Below are positions 19,641-30,071 of a stretch of 64,000 bases of DNA, in pieces (the first letter of the stretch is position 1; every line of letters begins with the position of its first letter). A model generated the notes under the pieces. That model saw only the letters and a program-made list of their open reading frames with translations, was not told the origin of the DNA and searched no databases. The DNA comes from an uncultured delta proteobacterium (GTDB taxonomy: Bacteria; Myxococcota_A; UBA9160; SZUA-336): NCBI GenBank assembly GCA_963704165.1, contig CAVPHD010000004.1, positions 224,001 through 288,000 of the forward strand, read 5' to 3'. A program made the translations under genes and the position numbers.

Positions 19641-20333
19641 ATGAGAATGGGCGCGGTATCGGCAGTCGCAGGGGTTCTCGCATCGGCGTTCGTCGTGCTC
19701 GGCGTCGGGCAAGCCCATGCGGCGGTGGTCACGTTCACGGGCGGGACCGTCACGCGTCTCGACGCGACGACGCAGACCACGAACAATTCGATCGACTGGG
19801 ACAACGTCGACTACTACGAGGAGAACGGATTCCGCTTGGACTTCGCGCCGAACTCCGGAAGCGCGTTCTTCTCCACTCACGTCGGCGATTACTATTCGGC
19901 CGGGAACGACGTGATTCACGGTCATTGGGCGACCGGTGACTTCGGTTTTCTCACCGCGATCGAGATCACCAAGATCGGCGGCGGCACGTTCGACCTCAAC
20001 TACTTCATCCTCGTGTCGAACACCGAAATCGGCGGAGGCCCGGCCAGCGGGTTCGAGCAGGCGTGGATCGAGGGCTTCAACTCCAACGTCAGCACCGGTT
20101 CGCCCGTGCTGCTTCCGTCCGAGAACTGGGCTTTTCCGGCGACGCAGATCTACCTGGGTTCCAATTTCGACTCGGTCGATCTGGTTCGCTTCTACGTCAC
20201 GAACGCGGTCGACTGCTACGGCATGGACGAGTTCTACATCGACGAGCCCGCGCCGGTGCCCGAACCCTCGACCGCTCTCCTCGCGGTTGTCGGGTTCGCA
20301 GCGCTTTTCGCCGGAGCTCTTGATCGCCGGTAG
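19641..20333 (+). CDS. PEP-CTERM surface protein
   Basis: Signal peptide; C-terminal VPEPSTALLAVVGFAALF...RR. Confidence 0.85.
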   Translation: MRMGAVSAVAGVLASAFVVLGVGQAHAAVVTFTGGTVTRLDATTQTTNNSIDWDNVDYYEENGFRLDFAPNSGSAFFSTHVGDYYSAGNDVIHGHWATGDFGFLTAIEITKIGGGTFDLNYFILVSNTEIGGGPASGFEQAWIEGFNSNVSTGSPVLLPSENWAFPATQIYLGSNFDSVDLVRFYVTNAVDCYGMDEFYIDEPAPVPEPSTALLAVVGFAALFAGALDRR

Positions 20334-20521
20334 GGATGCGAGCTGAAGCGCCCCATCGCCTCGGATCGGCGACGTGCAGGCCGCGTGCAGCTCTGGTTCC
20401 GACACCGCCGGGTGACGGGGGCTTCTGAAGATCGCTGAGCCCGCCGGCGCCGGCCGCGAGCTTCCGCTTCGCTCACGGGCGGACCTGGCAGGGTGTATCG
20501 TGGTGCAGACGGAGTTCGAAG

Positions 20522-21568
20522 GTGGCTGAATCCAAAGCGAGGGCTGCGCCGCCTCGAGGCGCGGGAGGTGGCAGCCGCTCCGGCCTGCTCGACGTCGTGC
20601 GGCTCTTCTCCGGCTTCGACATCGTGGCCTTCCACACGAGCTCTGCCCTCGGTGACAGCTCCGCGTTCCGACTCGGCATCGGAATGGCGATCTTCCTGTT
20701 GATGAGCGCGGTGAGCGTGGGGATGTACGCCGGTGAGCGCCCGTTCCGTCCATTCCTCGCGGAGCGCAGCCGACGCTACCTGATTCCCTACGCGTTCTGG
20801 TGGGTCGTGTACTTCGTCATCAAGACGGCGATGGCACTTCGGCACGACGAATCGGCGTTCGGCTGGTTCGATCCGAGCATGCTCTGGCAGGGAACCTACT
20901 ACCACCTCTGGTTCATGCCGGTGGCGCTCGGTGTCTGCGTCGCGGTAGAGGGACTCCGGCGCGCGACGCGGCAGGTGTCGACCGGGGGCTTCCTCGCCGT
21001 CGTCCTGTTGCTGTCGCCGCTCTTCTTCTACGCCGGTCCCACTCTGCGCCCGATCGTCGGGGTCGGTTGGTTCCAATGGGTCTGGATGATTCCCGCGGTA
21101 CCGATGGGGGTGGCGTTCGGGCGGATCATCGCGCTACCGAGGACGCCGCGCTGGGGCTTCGCGATGCTCGTCTTCTCCGGCGTGCTCGCCGCGAGCGGTG
21201 TCGCCGTCTGGTCCGCCGTCGACGACACCTACCCACTGCGTTTCGCGCTGGGTGCGCTCCTGATCGGAATCGGCTTCGCGATTCCCTTTCCCTCGAATGC
21301 GTTTCTGTACCGCGCTCGGACGGTGTCTGCCGGCATCTTCCTGTGCCACCCGATGGTCCTGCGCGTCATGCTGCGCTTCTTCGATCAGCTTCCGATCGCG
21401 TTGGTCGCGGCGGTCATGTGGGCTCTTTCCGGCTGCTTGACGCTGTCGCTTCAGCGAACCCGTCTCGCGCGCTTCGTCGGCGACCCACCCGCCGCCGGGA
21501 GCATCGTCCCGAAGCGGGTTCGGAGTCCTGAGCTCCGAGATACTGTGCGGAGTCACTCGGTAACCTAG
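20522..21568 (+). CDS. Acyltransferase family 3 (membrane O-acyltransferase)
   Basis: LDVVR...VAFH, RSRRYLIPY, YYHLWFMP, GIFLCHP; multiple TM segments. Confidence 0.85.
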   Translation: MAESKARAAPPRGAGGGSRSGLLDVVRLFSGFDIVAFHTSSALGDSSAFRLGIGMAIFLLMSAVSVGMYAGERPFRPFLAERSRRYLIPYAFWWVVYFVIKTAMALRHDESAFGWFDPSMLWQGTYYHLWFMPVALGVCVAVEGLRRATRQVSTGGFLAVVLLLSPLFFYAGPTLRPIVGVGWFQWVWMIPAVPMGVAFGRIIALPRTPRWGFAMLVFSGVLAASGVAVWSAVDDTYPLRFALGALLIGIGFAIPFPSNAFLYRARTVSAGIFLCHPMVLRVMLRFFDQLPIALVAAVMWALSGCLTLSLQRTRLARFVGDPPAAGSIVPKRVRSPELRDTVRSHSVT

Positions 21569-21648
21569 AGCTTGCCGAGAACGGCGGCGCGCGGCTCGAC
21601 GAATGGGGACCATCGCCCGTCCGCAAGCGGATGAGTGCCGGAGCTGGC

Positions 21649-21677
21649 GTGACTTCTACCCTACACCGGGGTATGTT
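21649..21677 (+). promoter_or_regulatory. Sigma70-type promoter of the riboswitch leader
   Basis: GTGACT-17-TATGTT about 10 bp before the aptamer. Confidence 0.5.
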
Positions 21678-21686
21678 ACGCGCGAA

Positions 21687-21815
21687 GCATTCAGAGTGGC
21701 TCGACCGATCGAGCCCGGCAACCTGGGGGGCCAACCCAAGGTGCCAATCCCACCGAGATCAGGTCTGGGCGGGAGATGCGGTCACGGCGGGGAGCCGTGG
21801 CAAGCGAAGTGGCCC
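21687..21815 (+). ncRNA. SAM-I/IV riboswitch
   Basis: P1 GCAT/ATGC, J1/2 AGAG, P2 GGCTCGA/TCGAGCC, P3 GGCAACC...GGTGCC, AA-P4, P5 hairpin GTCACGGC/GCCGTGGC, and L3 GGGCCA (21728-21733) complementary to TGGCCC (21810-21815), the PK-2 pseudoknot. Confidence 0.88.
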
Positions 21816-21872
21816 AAGCGACTCGTTCGAGTCGCCCGGAACTCGGATGCTTCCTCGATAGGAGAGGGCATC

Positions 21873-22508
21873 ATGGCATCCGACGACGAGGCGCTCGAAG
21901 AGTACGACTGGGAGACCGAGTCGGAAGACGACGACGATCTCGACGACGACGAGATCACCCTCGCCGCCTTGCTCCAGACGCTCGAAGGTGAGATCCAAAG
22001 CTTTCCGCTCGCCGACGGATCGACGGCCCTTCGCTTGGCGGAATGCGCGTACACCCTCGAGCACTGCCTCGGCTCCGACTTCTCGGAGTTGTTCAAGATG
22101 TTCTTCCTGCACCAGCACTACTCGAGCGACCTTGCGCGCGCGGGCTTCGCTTCCGAGACGCTGGCGTCGATCGGATTCGGCAACACGGCTCCAGGGATGT
22201 CCGGGTCGGTGGACCTCACCGTCCTCATTTTCCCTTTCGGCCTGCGCGTGTACCTCGGGCGGAACGACTGGGACGGGTGCCGACTCCTCGGTGGCGGCGT
22301 ACCGAACGAAGCTGAGGGTGCAGATCAGCTCGCCGCGCGCGGGCTCGAGGAAGTGGTGCGCGGCCGCGATCTCCCTCCACACATCCGCGACGCGCTGCTC
22401 GCCGTGCTGGAGTGTGCCGGCACCGCGGCCCTCGAGAACCTGGAGCACCGCGATGTGGTGTCACTCTGGCTGGAGGAGGTGCGCCCACTCCGCAGTCGCA
22501 GCGAGTGA
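21873..22508 (+). CDS. Hypothetical protein with an acidic N-terminus
   Basis: GGAGAGG RBS; 211 aa; no motif recognised. Confidence 0.65.
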   Translation: MASDDEALEEYDWETESEDDDDLDDDEITLAALLQTLEGEIQSFPLADGSTALRLAECAYTLEHCLGSDFSELFKMFFLHQHYSSDLARAGFASETLASIGFGNTAPGMSGSVDLTVLIFPFGLRVYLGRNDWDGCRLLGGGVPNEAEGADQLAARGLEEVVRGRDLPPHIRDALLAVLECAGTAALENLEHRDVVSLWLEEVRPLRSRSE

Positions 22509-22543
22509 CCACGACCGAGCGCGATCGCTCCGACGTTGCTTCT

Positions 22544-22588
22544 TGCTGGCGCAGCTCGGGATCGAACCGGGGAGCGGCGGATATTCAG
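22544..22588 (-). repeat. Degenerate direct repeat of the 3' half of tRNA-Phe (att-like)
   Basis: 39/45 nt identical to 23708-23752. Confidence 0.85.
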
Positions 22589-22590
22589 AG

Positions 22591-22617
22591 TGGAGTTGCC
22601 CCACCTAGGTGGACACC
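22591..22617. mobile_element. Orphan IS3-like terminal inverted repeat
   Basis: TGGAGTTGCCCCACCTAGGTGGACACC resembles the MITE end TGGAGTCGACCCGGTTTCGTGGACTCC. Confidence 0.5.
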
Positions 22618-22657
22618 TTCGCGCTGGAGGGCTCGGCTTCAAGGGCGATCCCACCGC

Positions 22658-23410
22658 CTACTCTCGGCCCGGCTCGCGCCCCAGCACCATCAACGGATCG
22701 GCATCACGTACGGCGATCCACCGCTCGAGGAATTCGAGTCTGGGAACGAGCCGTGCTCCCAAGGCGATTTTGTAGTCCATCCACGGGTATCCCATGTTCC
22801 AGAACACATAGCCCAGGTTCCGCAGCCTCTCGGCCAACAAGACCATCTGCAGGGTTCCAAAGTGCTTCCAGCGCTCCTCACCCCGAACACAGAATCCCGA
22901 GAGGCTCGTGTAGCTACGCCCAATGGTGTAGCCCAACTCGCCCGCAATCAGCCGTCCGGCCTTGTTCGACCACAGCTCGATCCCGTGAATCGCGAAGTGC
23001 GGATAGGCGCTGCGCTCGAGTTCCCGAACGAGTTCGCAGTACGGCGGCAGCAGCCAGGTTCGTGGGCGGTGATAGTCGACTAGACGCTCCAGCACCTGTG
23101 AGCAATCGGGGGCAACTCGAAGCTCGACTTGCTCCTCAGCGAGCCGCCCCGATGCGATGAGCCAACGCAGGTTTCTCGACAGGTGGAGGTTTCGCCAATC
23201 GAGAACCGCAAAGGTCTTCTCGAGTTCAGGAAGCAGTACGACGCCCAGGTCTGCTTCGTCGCTCGCGATCGAGATGAATCCCGCTCGCGCAAGCGAGACG
23301 TAGAGTCGCGGATCCCAGGAGTCAGACCAGAAGTGCGTCCGAGGCGCGCGGGGATAGATGCGGGAGTGGAGGAGATCCTCCCGAATGTGGGCTAGTGCAA
23401 TCCGCTCCAT
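22658..23410 (-). CDS. Leucyl/phenylalanyl-tRNA-protein transferase-like (Aat/GNAT) protein
   Basis: LHLSRNLR, TWL, HGIELW...LIAGELGYTIG..YTSLSGF, GTLQMV, FWNMG..MDYKIALGA. Confidence 0.72.
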   Translation of the reverse strand: MERIALAHIREDLLHSRIYPRAPRTHFWSDSWDPRLYVSLARAGFISIASDEADLGVVLLPELEKTFAVLDWRNLHLSRNLRWLIASGRLAEEQVELRVAPDCSQVLERLVDYHRPRTWLLPPYCELVRELERSAYPHFAIHGIELWSNKAGRLIAGELGYTIGRSYTSLSGFCVRGEERWKHFGTLQMVLLAERLRNLGYVFWNMGYPWMDYKIALGARLVPRLEFLERWIAVRDADPLMVLGREPGRE

Positions 23411-23475
23411 CTTGAACCTGCGTTCGTTGCCGGGAGGGTGGGTCGGTAGTCTAAGGCGATCGGCGGCTGGATGTC

Positions 23476-23653
23476 TGGAGTCGACCCGGTTTCGTGGACT
23501 CCTGATCGCGGCTCGACCACGCCCACGTCCCGCCTTCTCGAGCTCTGTCAGCCGGCGTCGCAGCTCAGCCGGGTACCGCGACGGATGTCCTCCCGGAATC
23601 TCGAACGCCCTGATCCCAAGTGGCCAGGAGTCCACGAAACCGGGTCGACTCTA
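23476..23653. mobile_element. 178-bp IS3-derived MITE
   Basis: 29-bp terminal IRs (23476-23504 and 23625-23653, one mismatch); GTC target duplication on both sides; internal minus-strand remnant RYPAELRRRLTELEKAGR like an IS3 OrfA N-terminus. Confidence 0.88.
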
Positions 23654-23707
23654 GTCGCCGCCGTCCGCACGCCCGCGTCGAAAAGCGAGCACCGTCGCGC
23701 TCTTCCC

Positions 23708-23783
<76 letters not shown>

Positions 23784-23801
23784 GTGGGCGCGCAGTATGG
23801 C

Positions 23802-24383
23802 TCAGCGGGGCTCGACCGTCACGCTCTCGACCCGGACGTCGGCGAGCGGGCGGTCGTTCGCGTCACGCGGGGCGGCCGAGATGCGATCGACGACGTCCTG
23901 GCCCGAGACGAGCTGGCCGAAGACCGTGTACTGGCCGTCGAGCTGCGGGCGCCACGCGTCGGAGGCGGTGGTCATGATGAAGAACTGCGAGCCGGCGGTG
24001 TCGGGGCCGGAGGCGCGGCCCATCGAGACGGTGCCCGGAAGATGGGGGACGTCGTTGAACTCGGCCTTCAGGGCGTAGCCGGGGCCGCCGAAGCCGTCGT
24101 TCGTCGGGTCGGCGTCCTTCGAGTTCGGGTCGCCGCCCTGGATCATGAAGCGCGGGATGACGCGGTGAAACGTGGTGCCGTCGTAGAAGCGCGCGGCGGC
24201 GAGCGACTTGAAGCTCGCGACGTGGCGCGGCGCCTGGTCGGCGAGAAGCGCGAAGCGGATCTCGCCGAAGTCACGCACGCGGACGACGGCGATCTCGCGG
24301 GTTGCGGGCGTTTCCGAGCCGCATGCGAGGAGCACGGACGCGGCGCACGCGGCGAGCAGCGGAAGCAGCCGATGGGGACGCAC
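23802..24383 (-). CDS. Cyclophilin-type peptidyl-prolyl isomerase (probable lipoprotein)
   Basis: FYDGTTFHRVIPRFMIQGGDP, AGSQFFI, LDGQYTVFG; LLAC lipobox. Confidence 0.92.
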   Translation of the reverse strand: MRPHRLLPLLAACAASVLLACGSETPATREIAVVRVRDFGEIRFALLADQAPRHVASFKSLAAARFYDGTTFHRVIPRFMIQGGDPNSKDADPTNDGFGGPGYALKAEFNDVPHLPGTVSMGRASGPDTAGSQFFIMTTASDAWRPQLDGQYTVFGQLVSGQDVVDRISAAPRDANDRPLADVRVESVTVEPR

Positions 24384-24433
24384 GGCCGCGAACGCTAGCA
24401 CGCGCGCGAGAGCGCGTGATACGGTCCGCGACC

Positions 24434-26156
24434 ATGCGCAGTTTCTCTCGCGTCCTCGGTCCCGTCGTCGGCATCTTGCTTCTGCTCGCGCCGCTCGCGC
24501 TCGCGGTCGAGCCCGGGCCGGCGTGGGGCCATCGCGGCATGGTCGTGACGTCGGTCGGGCCGGCGGCGTCCGCCGGGCGCGAGATCCTCGGGCGCGGCGG
24601 AAACGCGGTCGACGCGGCGGTCGCGACGGCGTTCGCGGCCGGGGTCGCGCACCAGTACAGCTCGGGAATCGGCGGCGGCGGATTCGCGGTGGTGTACATG
24701 GCGGAGTCCGGCGAGGTGACGACGCTCGACGCGCGCGAGACCGCGCCCGCTTCGGCCAACGAGCTGCGTCTACCTCGACGATCAGGGAAAGCCCATCCCC
24801 CGCGCGACGCTCGCCGGTCCTCGCGCGGTGGCGGTGCCGGGACTCGTGCAGGGACTCTACGAATTGCACCAGCGCTACGGCTCGCTCGAATGGCACGAGC
24901 TCTTGAAGCCGGCGATCCGGCTCTGCCGCGACGGCGTCGAGATCGCGCCCGCGGAGCGGCGCATGCTGCAGATCGTCGCGCCGCGGCTCGCCGATTTTCC
25001 GGAGACCGCGCGCATTCAGCTCGACGCCGGGCAGGTGCCGCCGCTCGGCTGGCGGCTCTACCAGCCCGATCTCGCGCGCACGCTCGAGCAGATCGCGGCG
25101 CGCGGCGGCTTCGCGCTCGTCTACGGCGACCTCGCGCGCAAGATCGTCGACGCGACCGGTGGCGCGCTCACGCTCGACGACCTCGCCGGCTATCAGCCGA
25201 TCTGGCGCGATCCTGTGCGCGGCACGTACCGCGGGCTCGAGATCGTCTCGATGCCGCCGCCGAGCTCGGGCGGCGTGCTGCTCGTCGAGATGCTCAACGC
25301 CCTCGAGCCCTACGACCTCGGTGCGCTCGGTCTGAACTCGAGTGAGACGGTGAATCTCGTCGCCGGCGCGATGAAGCTCGCGTTCGCGGACCGCGCCGAG
25401 TATCTGGGCGATCCGGGATTCGTCCGCGTCCCGACCGACCATCTCGCCTCGAAGGCGTACGGACACGAGCTCGCCGCGTTGCTGCGGCCGCCCTTCTTTC
25501 TGCTGCGCGCGCCGTGGAACTGGGGCAAGCCGGTGATTCCGAACACGCGCCGCGCAGCGCCCGCGCCGCCCGACGACGGCGGCACGACACAGATCTCGGT
25601 CGTCGACGAGCAGGGCAACGCCGTCTCTCTCACGCAGACCGTGAACACGCTCTTCGGCTCGCTGATCACCGTGCCGGGGACGGGCATCGTTCTCAACAAC
25701 GAGATGGACGACTTCTCCCTGCCCGGTACGCCGAACGCGTGGGGCGCGGTGGGGCAGTCGGCGAACTCGATCCAGCCCGGAAAGCGACCGCTCTCGAGCA
25801 TGACGCCGACGATCGTGCTCGAGAACGGCGAAGTCCGGTACGTCCTCGGCAGCCCGATGGGGACGTTCATCATCTCGAGCGTGCTGCAGACGCTGCTCAA
25901 CAGCGTCGACTTCAAGCTCGGTCCCGAGCAGGCGGTGTCGATGCCGCGCTTCCACCACCAGTGGAGCCCCGACACGCTGATGGTCGAGCCGACGCACCCG
26001 CGCGACGTCGTCGAGAAGCTGCGCGACTGGGGCCACACCGTCGAGCCGAGTCGCTTCCCGATGGGGGCCGTGCAGCTGATCGTCCGAGACAAGCCGTCCG
26101 AGACCTGGTTCGGCTCGACCGATCCGCGCCGCGATGGCGCGGCGCTCGGGTACTGA
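24434..26156 (+). CDS. ggt: Gamma-glutamyltransferase, frameshift(s) near 24765-24800
   Basis: GGNAVDAAVA, SGIGGGGF, TTQISVVD, LNNEMDDF, PGKRPLSSMTP. Confidence 0.92.
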
Positions 26157-26165
26157 CGGGGCCCG

Positions 26166-28807
26166 CTACTTCACGATCGCGATCACCGGCGCGTCGAGGT
26201 GGATCACGCGCTTCGCGACGCGCTTCACGTCGTCGACGGTGACCGCGCTGATCCGCTCGTCGTAGTCCAGGTGGTGCGTGGCTCCCAGGCCATAGAGAGC
26301 GTCGAGCGAGAGCAGGCTCGCCTGCGTGCCGAACCGCTGCAGCGAGACGGCCTGGCTCCCGATCAGGTACGCCTTCGCGCGCGCGAGCTCCGCGTCGGGA
26401 ATCGGATCCTCGACGATCTTCGCGAGCTCGCGCTCGATCCCGCTCGTCATTTCGCCGAGCTTCGCGGGCTCGCCGGCGATGTAGACGCCCCAGATGCCCG
26501 CATCCACTCCTTCGAGGTCGAACGCGGTAACCGTGTAGGCCAGACTCTGCTTGTCCCGGAGCTCGAGAAAGAGCCGCCCACCCTGGCCGGAAAGCACTTG
26601 CGTCATCACGTCGAGGGCCGGCAGATCGGGATCTCCGATCGTGAGGGCGAGGAAGCCGTAGACGACGTGCGCCTGGTTCTTCTTCTTCTCGAGCACGACC
26701 TCGCGCTCGCGCATCGGTGACTCGGGAGTCGCGCGGGCCGGGAGCGCGACGGGTCCGGTGTCCGACCATCCCGACAAGTGCGAGGCGATCGCGGCGACGA
26801 TTCGATCCGGATCGGCGGCTCCGACCACGCTCAGCACCCCGTTCGACGGCTGCGCGTAATGCGCGAAGTATCGGGCCAGGGATTCGCGGTCGAGCTTCTC
26901 GATCGACTGCGCGGTTCCGATCGACGAGAAGCGGTACGGATGCGCAGGGTAGATCGCCTGCTGAAACAGCTCGAACGCCTTCGTCGACAGGCTGTCCTCG
27001 CGTCGGCGCAACGCGGCCATTCGCTCGACCTTGACCTTGGTGATCTCTTCCTGCGGAAACGCCGGGTGCAGGAGCACGTCGGAAAACAGATCGAGGCCGG
27101 TGTCGAGCGAGTTGGCGAGGAACTCCGCCTGCAGTCCGAAGCTGTTGCGCCCCGCGAAACCGGAGAGATCGCCCGCGATGTCGTCGATCTCGGTCGCGAG
27201 CTGCGTCGAGCTTCGCGACGTCGTCCCGCGCGAGAGCATCTCGGCGACGAACGAGGTGATGCCCTGCGTGCTCTCGGTCTCGGCGAGCAGTCCGCCGAGG
27301 AACGACAGGCGCATCGAGACGAGCGGCACGTTCTCGTTGCGCTTCACCACCACGCGCAGGCCGTTCGGGAGCTGGTACTCGCGAATTCCGTCGCGGAGCT
27401 CCTTCCACGTGAGGGACGGACCGGCGCTGCCGTAGCCGCGCGCGAGCGCCGCGAGAAGCCCGGCTGGATCGACCGAGCCATTCGCATCCTTCGCCGTCAG
27501 CGCGACACCGTCGCGCGCTCGGGCGTCAGGTACGTCTGCGCGACCCGCTGAAGATCGGCTTGCGTGGCGCGGCGCACGCTCTCGAGGTACGTCGCTTCGG
27601 CCTCGATCCCGCCTGCGAGCACCTCGAAGTAGCCGAACTTCTGCGCCTGTCCCTGCATCGTCTCGCGCTCGTGCACCTGGCTCGCGAGCAGATTCGTGCG
27701 CGCGCGCTCGAGCTCCGCTTCGGACGGACCGAGATCGCGCACGCGCCGGATCTGCTCGGCAATCGCGCCGACCGTGGCGTCGATCTTGTCCGCGTCGAGC
27801 TCCGCATCGACGACGAAGAGCCCGGGATCGAGCGGCGTGTAGGAGCTCGCGTGTATGCCGTGGACGAGCTGGTCGCGGTCCTTCACCTCGCGGTAGAGCC
27901 GCGAGCTGTCGCCCGAGCCGAGCACCATTCCCAGCAGGTCGAGGTACGGCGTGTCCTCGTGCCGGAAGGCGGTGATCTTCCAGCCGATGCCGAGCAGGGA
28001 TTGCTCGAACTCGCTCTGCACGACGGCAGCGCGCGCCACGGACTGCTCGGGCTCGGATGCGCGCGGGTGCGCGAGATCCGCGCGCGGCTTCGCGCTCGCG
28101 AACGCGCTCTTGATCTGCTCGAGCACGGCGTTCGGGTCGAAGTCGCCGACCGCGATGAAGGTCATGTTGTTCGGCACGTACCACGCGCGGTAGAAGTCGA
28201 GCAGACCTTCGCGTGTGAAGCTCCGCACACTCGCCTGCGTGCCGATCACGTCCTTGCGATAGGGGTGTGTCTCGAACGCGGTCGCGAAGAGCTTCTGAGA
28301 CAGGACGTTGTCGGGCGAGTCGTCGGAGCGCCGGATCTCCTCGATCACGACCTCTTCTTCCTTCGCGAGCTCGGCGGCGTCGAAGGTCGAGCTCTGCATC
28401 GCGTCCGCGAGTACGTCGATGCCGACCGAGACGTCACGGCTCGCCATCGTGATGTGGTAGACGGTCATGTCGTACGAGGTGAAGGCGTTGATGTTCCCGC
28501 CCGCTCCCTCGACCGTGCTCGCGATCTCGCCGACGCCGCGGCGCTCGGTGCCCTTGAAGAGCATGTGCTCGTGCACGTGCGCCATGCCCCACTGCTCGTC
28601 GCGCTCGTCGGCGCCGCCGACCCGCACCCAGACGTTCATCGCCACGACCGGCGCCGAGTGGTCCTCGACCAGGATGACCTCGAGACCGTTGGGCAGTGTG
28701 GTTTGGAGCATTCCGTCCTTCTTCGGGGCCATCGGTTCGGGGCTCGAGGGCAGGAGCGCGCATGCGCTCTGCAGACACAGCAAGGCGATTCCAAGGCTAT
28801 GACGCAA
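26166..28807 (-). CDS. M16 (insulinase-family) zinc peptidase, frameshift near 27500
   Basis: HVHEHMLFKGT (HxxEH), NAFTS; second half LPNGLRVVV, HPYR. Confidence 0.88.
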
Positions 28808-28853
28808 TCTCTCGCTCCCCCCTACGCGCTTCGGGGCGCATAGGATACGGGCG

Positions 28854-30038
28854 TTGGCTTCCCAGACAAGCGGCGCCGAGGGCGCAGGTGACCTCGGACT
28901 GTACGTCCACGTGCCGTTCTGCGAGCACGTCTGCCCGTACTGCGACTTCGCCGTACTTCCCGTGCGCCAGCTCTCGGAGCGGGACGAGCGGGAATTCGTC
29001 GATCTCGTGCTTCGCGAGTTCGGGCGCGTTCGCGAGAGGGTCGCGGGTCGCGAGGTCGCGAGCGTCTACTTCGGGGGCGGCACGCCGTCCCTGCTCCGGG
29101 CGGAGTCGGTCGCGCGCTTGCTCGAAGCCTTTGCCGCCGACCTCCACTTCGCATCGCCCGAGATCACCGTCGAGCTGAACCCCGGCCAGCTCGAGGTCTC
29201 GCGCGTGCCGGGGTTCCGCGCGGCCGGCGTGACGCGCCTGTCCGTCGGCGTGCAGGCGTTCGACGACGCGGTGCTGCGAAAGCTCGGCCGCGCTCAGAAG
29301 GGTAGGGAGGCGCTCCACGGGCTCGAGGCCTGCCTCGCGGCCGGCTTCGACTCGCTCTCCGTCGACCTGATCTACGGCGCGCCCGGTCAGACGCTCGACG
29401 CGTTGCTCGGCGACGTCGAGACCGCGATCGATCTCGGCGTTCCGCACGTCTCGGCCTATGCGCTGACGCTCGAGCCCGGTACGCCGATCGCGCTCGGAGT
29501 CGAGCGAGGCGTGATCGAGCTACCCGACGAGGACACCGTGCTCGAAATGAGCCGGCTTCTGCGCTCGCGCCTCTCGGCGGCTGGGATCCCGCAGTACGAG
29601 ATCTCGAGCTACGCGCGTCCCGGGCACCGCTCGCGCCACAACGAGCGCTACTGGCTGCGCCGTGACGTGCTCGGGCTCGGCCCGTCGGCGGCGAGCCTGA
29701 TCGGCGCGACGCGCTCGCAGAACGTTCGCGCGCTTCGCGAATGGAAAGCAGCACTCGTCGAGGACCGGCCTGCGGTCTCGGAGTCCGAAACCCTGAGCGA
29801 AGCCGCGGCACGGCGCGAGACGCTCTTCCTGGGGCTGCGCCGCCTCGACGGTGTCCGGCGTGCGGACTTCCTGCGTCGCTTCGGTGCGGCGCCGGAGGCG
29901 TTCTTCTCGACCGAGCTCGAGGCGCTGCGGGGTCGAGGCCTCGTCCTGGAGGAGGCCGGTGCGATCCGGCTCTCCGAGCGGGGAATCCTCTTCGCGGACG
30001 AGGTTTTCGCCGGCCTGCTCGGCGACGACGAGCGTTGA
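28854..30038 (+). CDS. hemW: Radical SAM heme chaperone
   Basis: LYVHVPFCEHVCPYCDF, YFGGGTPS, YEISSY, HNERYW; upstream of hrcA. Confidence 0.9.
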   Translation: MASQTSGAEGAGDLGLYVHVPFCEHVCPYCDFAVLPVRQLSERDEREFVDLVLREFGRVRERVAGREVASVYFGGGTPSLLRAESVARLLEAFAADLHFASPEITVELNPGQLEVSRVPGFRAAGVTRLSVGVQAFDDAVLRKLGRAQKGREALHGLEACLAAGFDSLSVDLIYGAPGQTLDALLGDVETAIDLGVPHVSAYALTLEPGTPIALGVERGVIELPDEDTVLEMSRLLRSRLSAAGIPQYEISSYARPGHRSRHNERYWLRRDVLGLGPSAASLIGATRSQNVRALREWKAALVEDRPAVSESETLSEAAARRETLFLGLRRLDGVRRADFLRRFGAAPEAFFSTELEALRGRGLVLEEAGAIRLSERGILFADEVFAGLLGDDER

Positions 30039-30071
30039 CACGATGAATCGGGCGCGGCTAGCCTCGATTCC

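Noticed and set aside
22544..22588. Second tRNA gene
   Set aside because: Only the 3' half is present, with mutated anticodon and CCA; treated as an att-like remnant
22582..22600. ATTCAGAGTGG, identical to the start of the SAM riboswitch
   Set aside because: No GCAACC/GGTGC core follows; it is the junction of the tRNA repeat and the IS-like end
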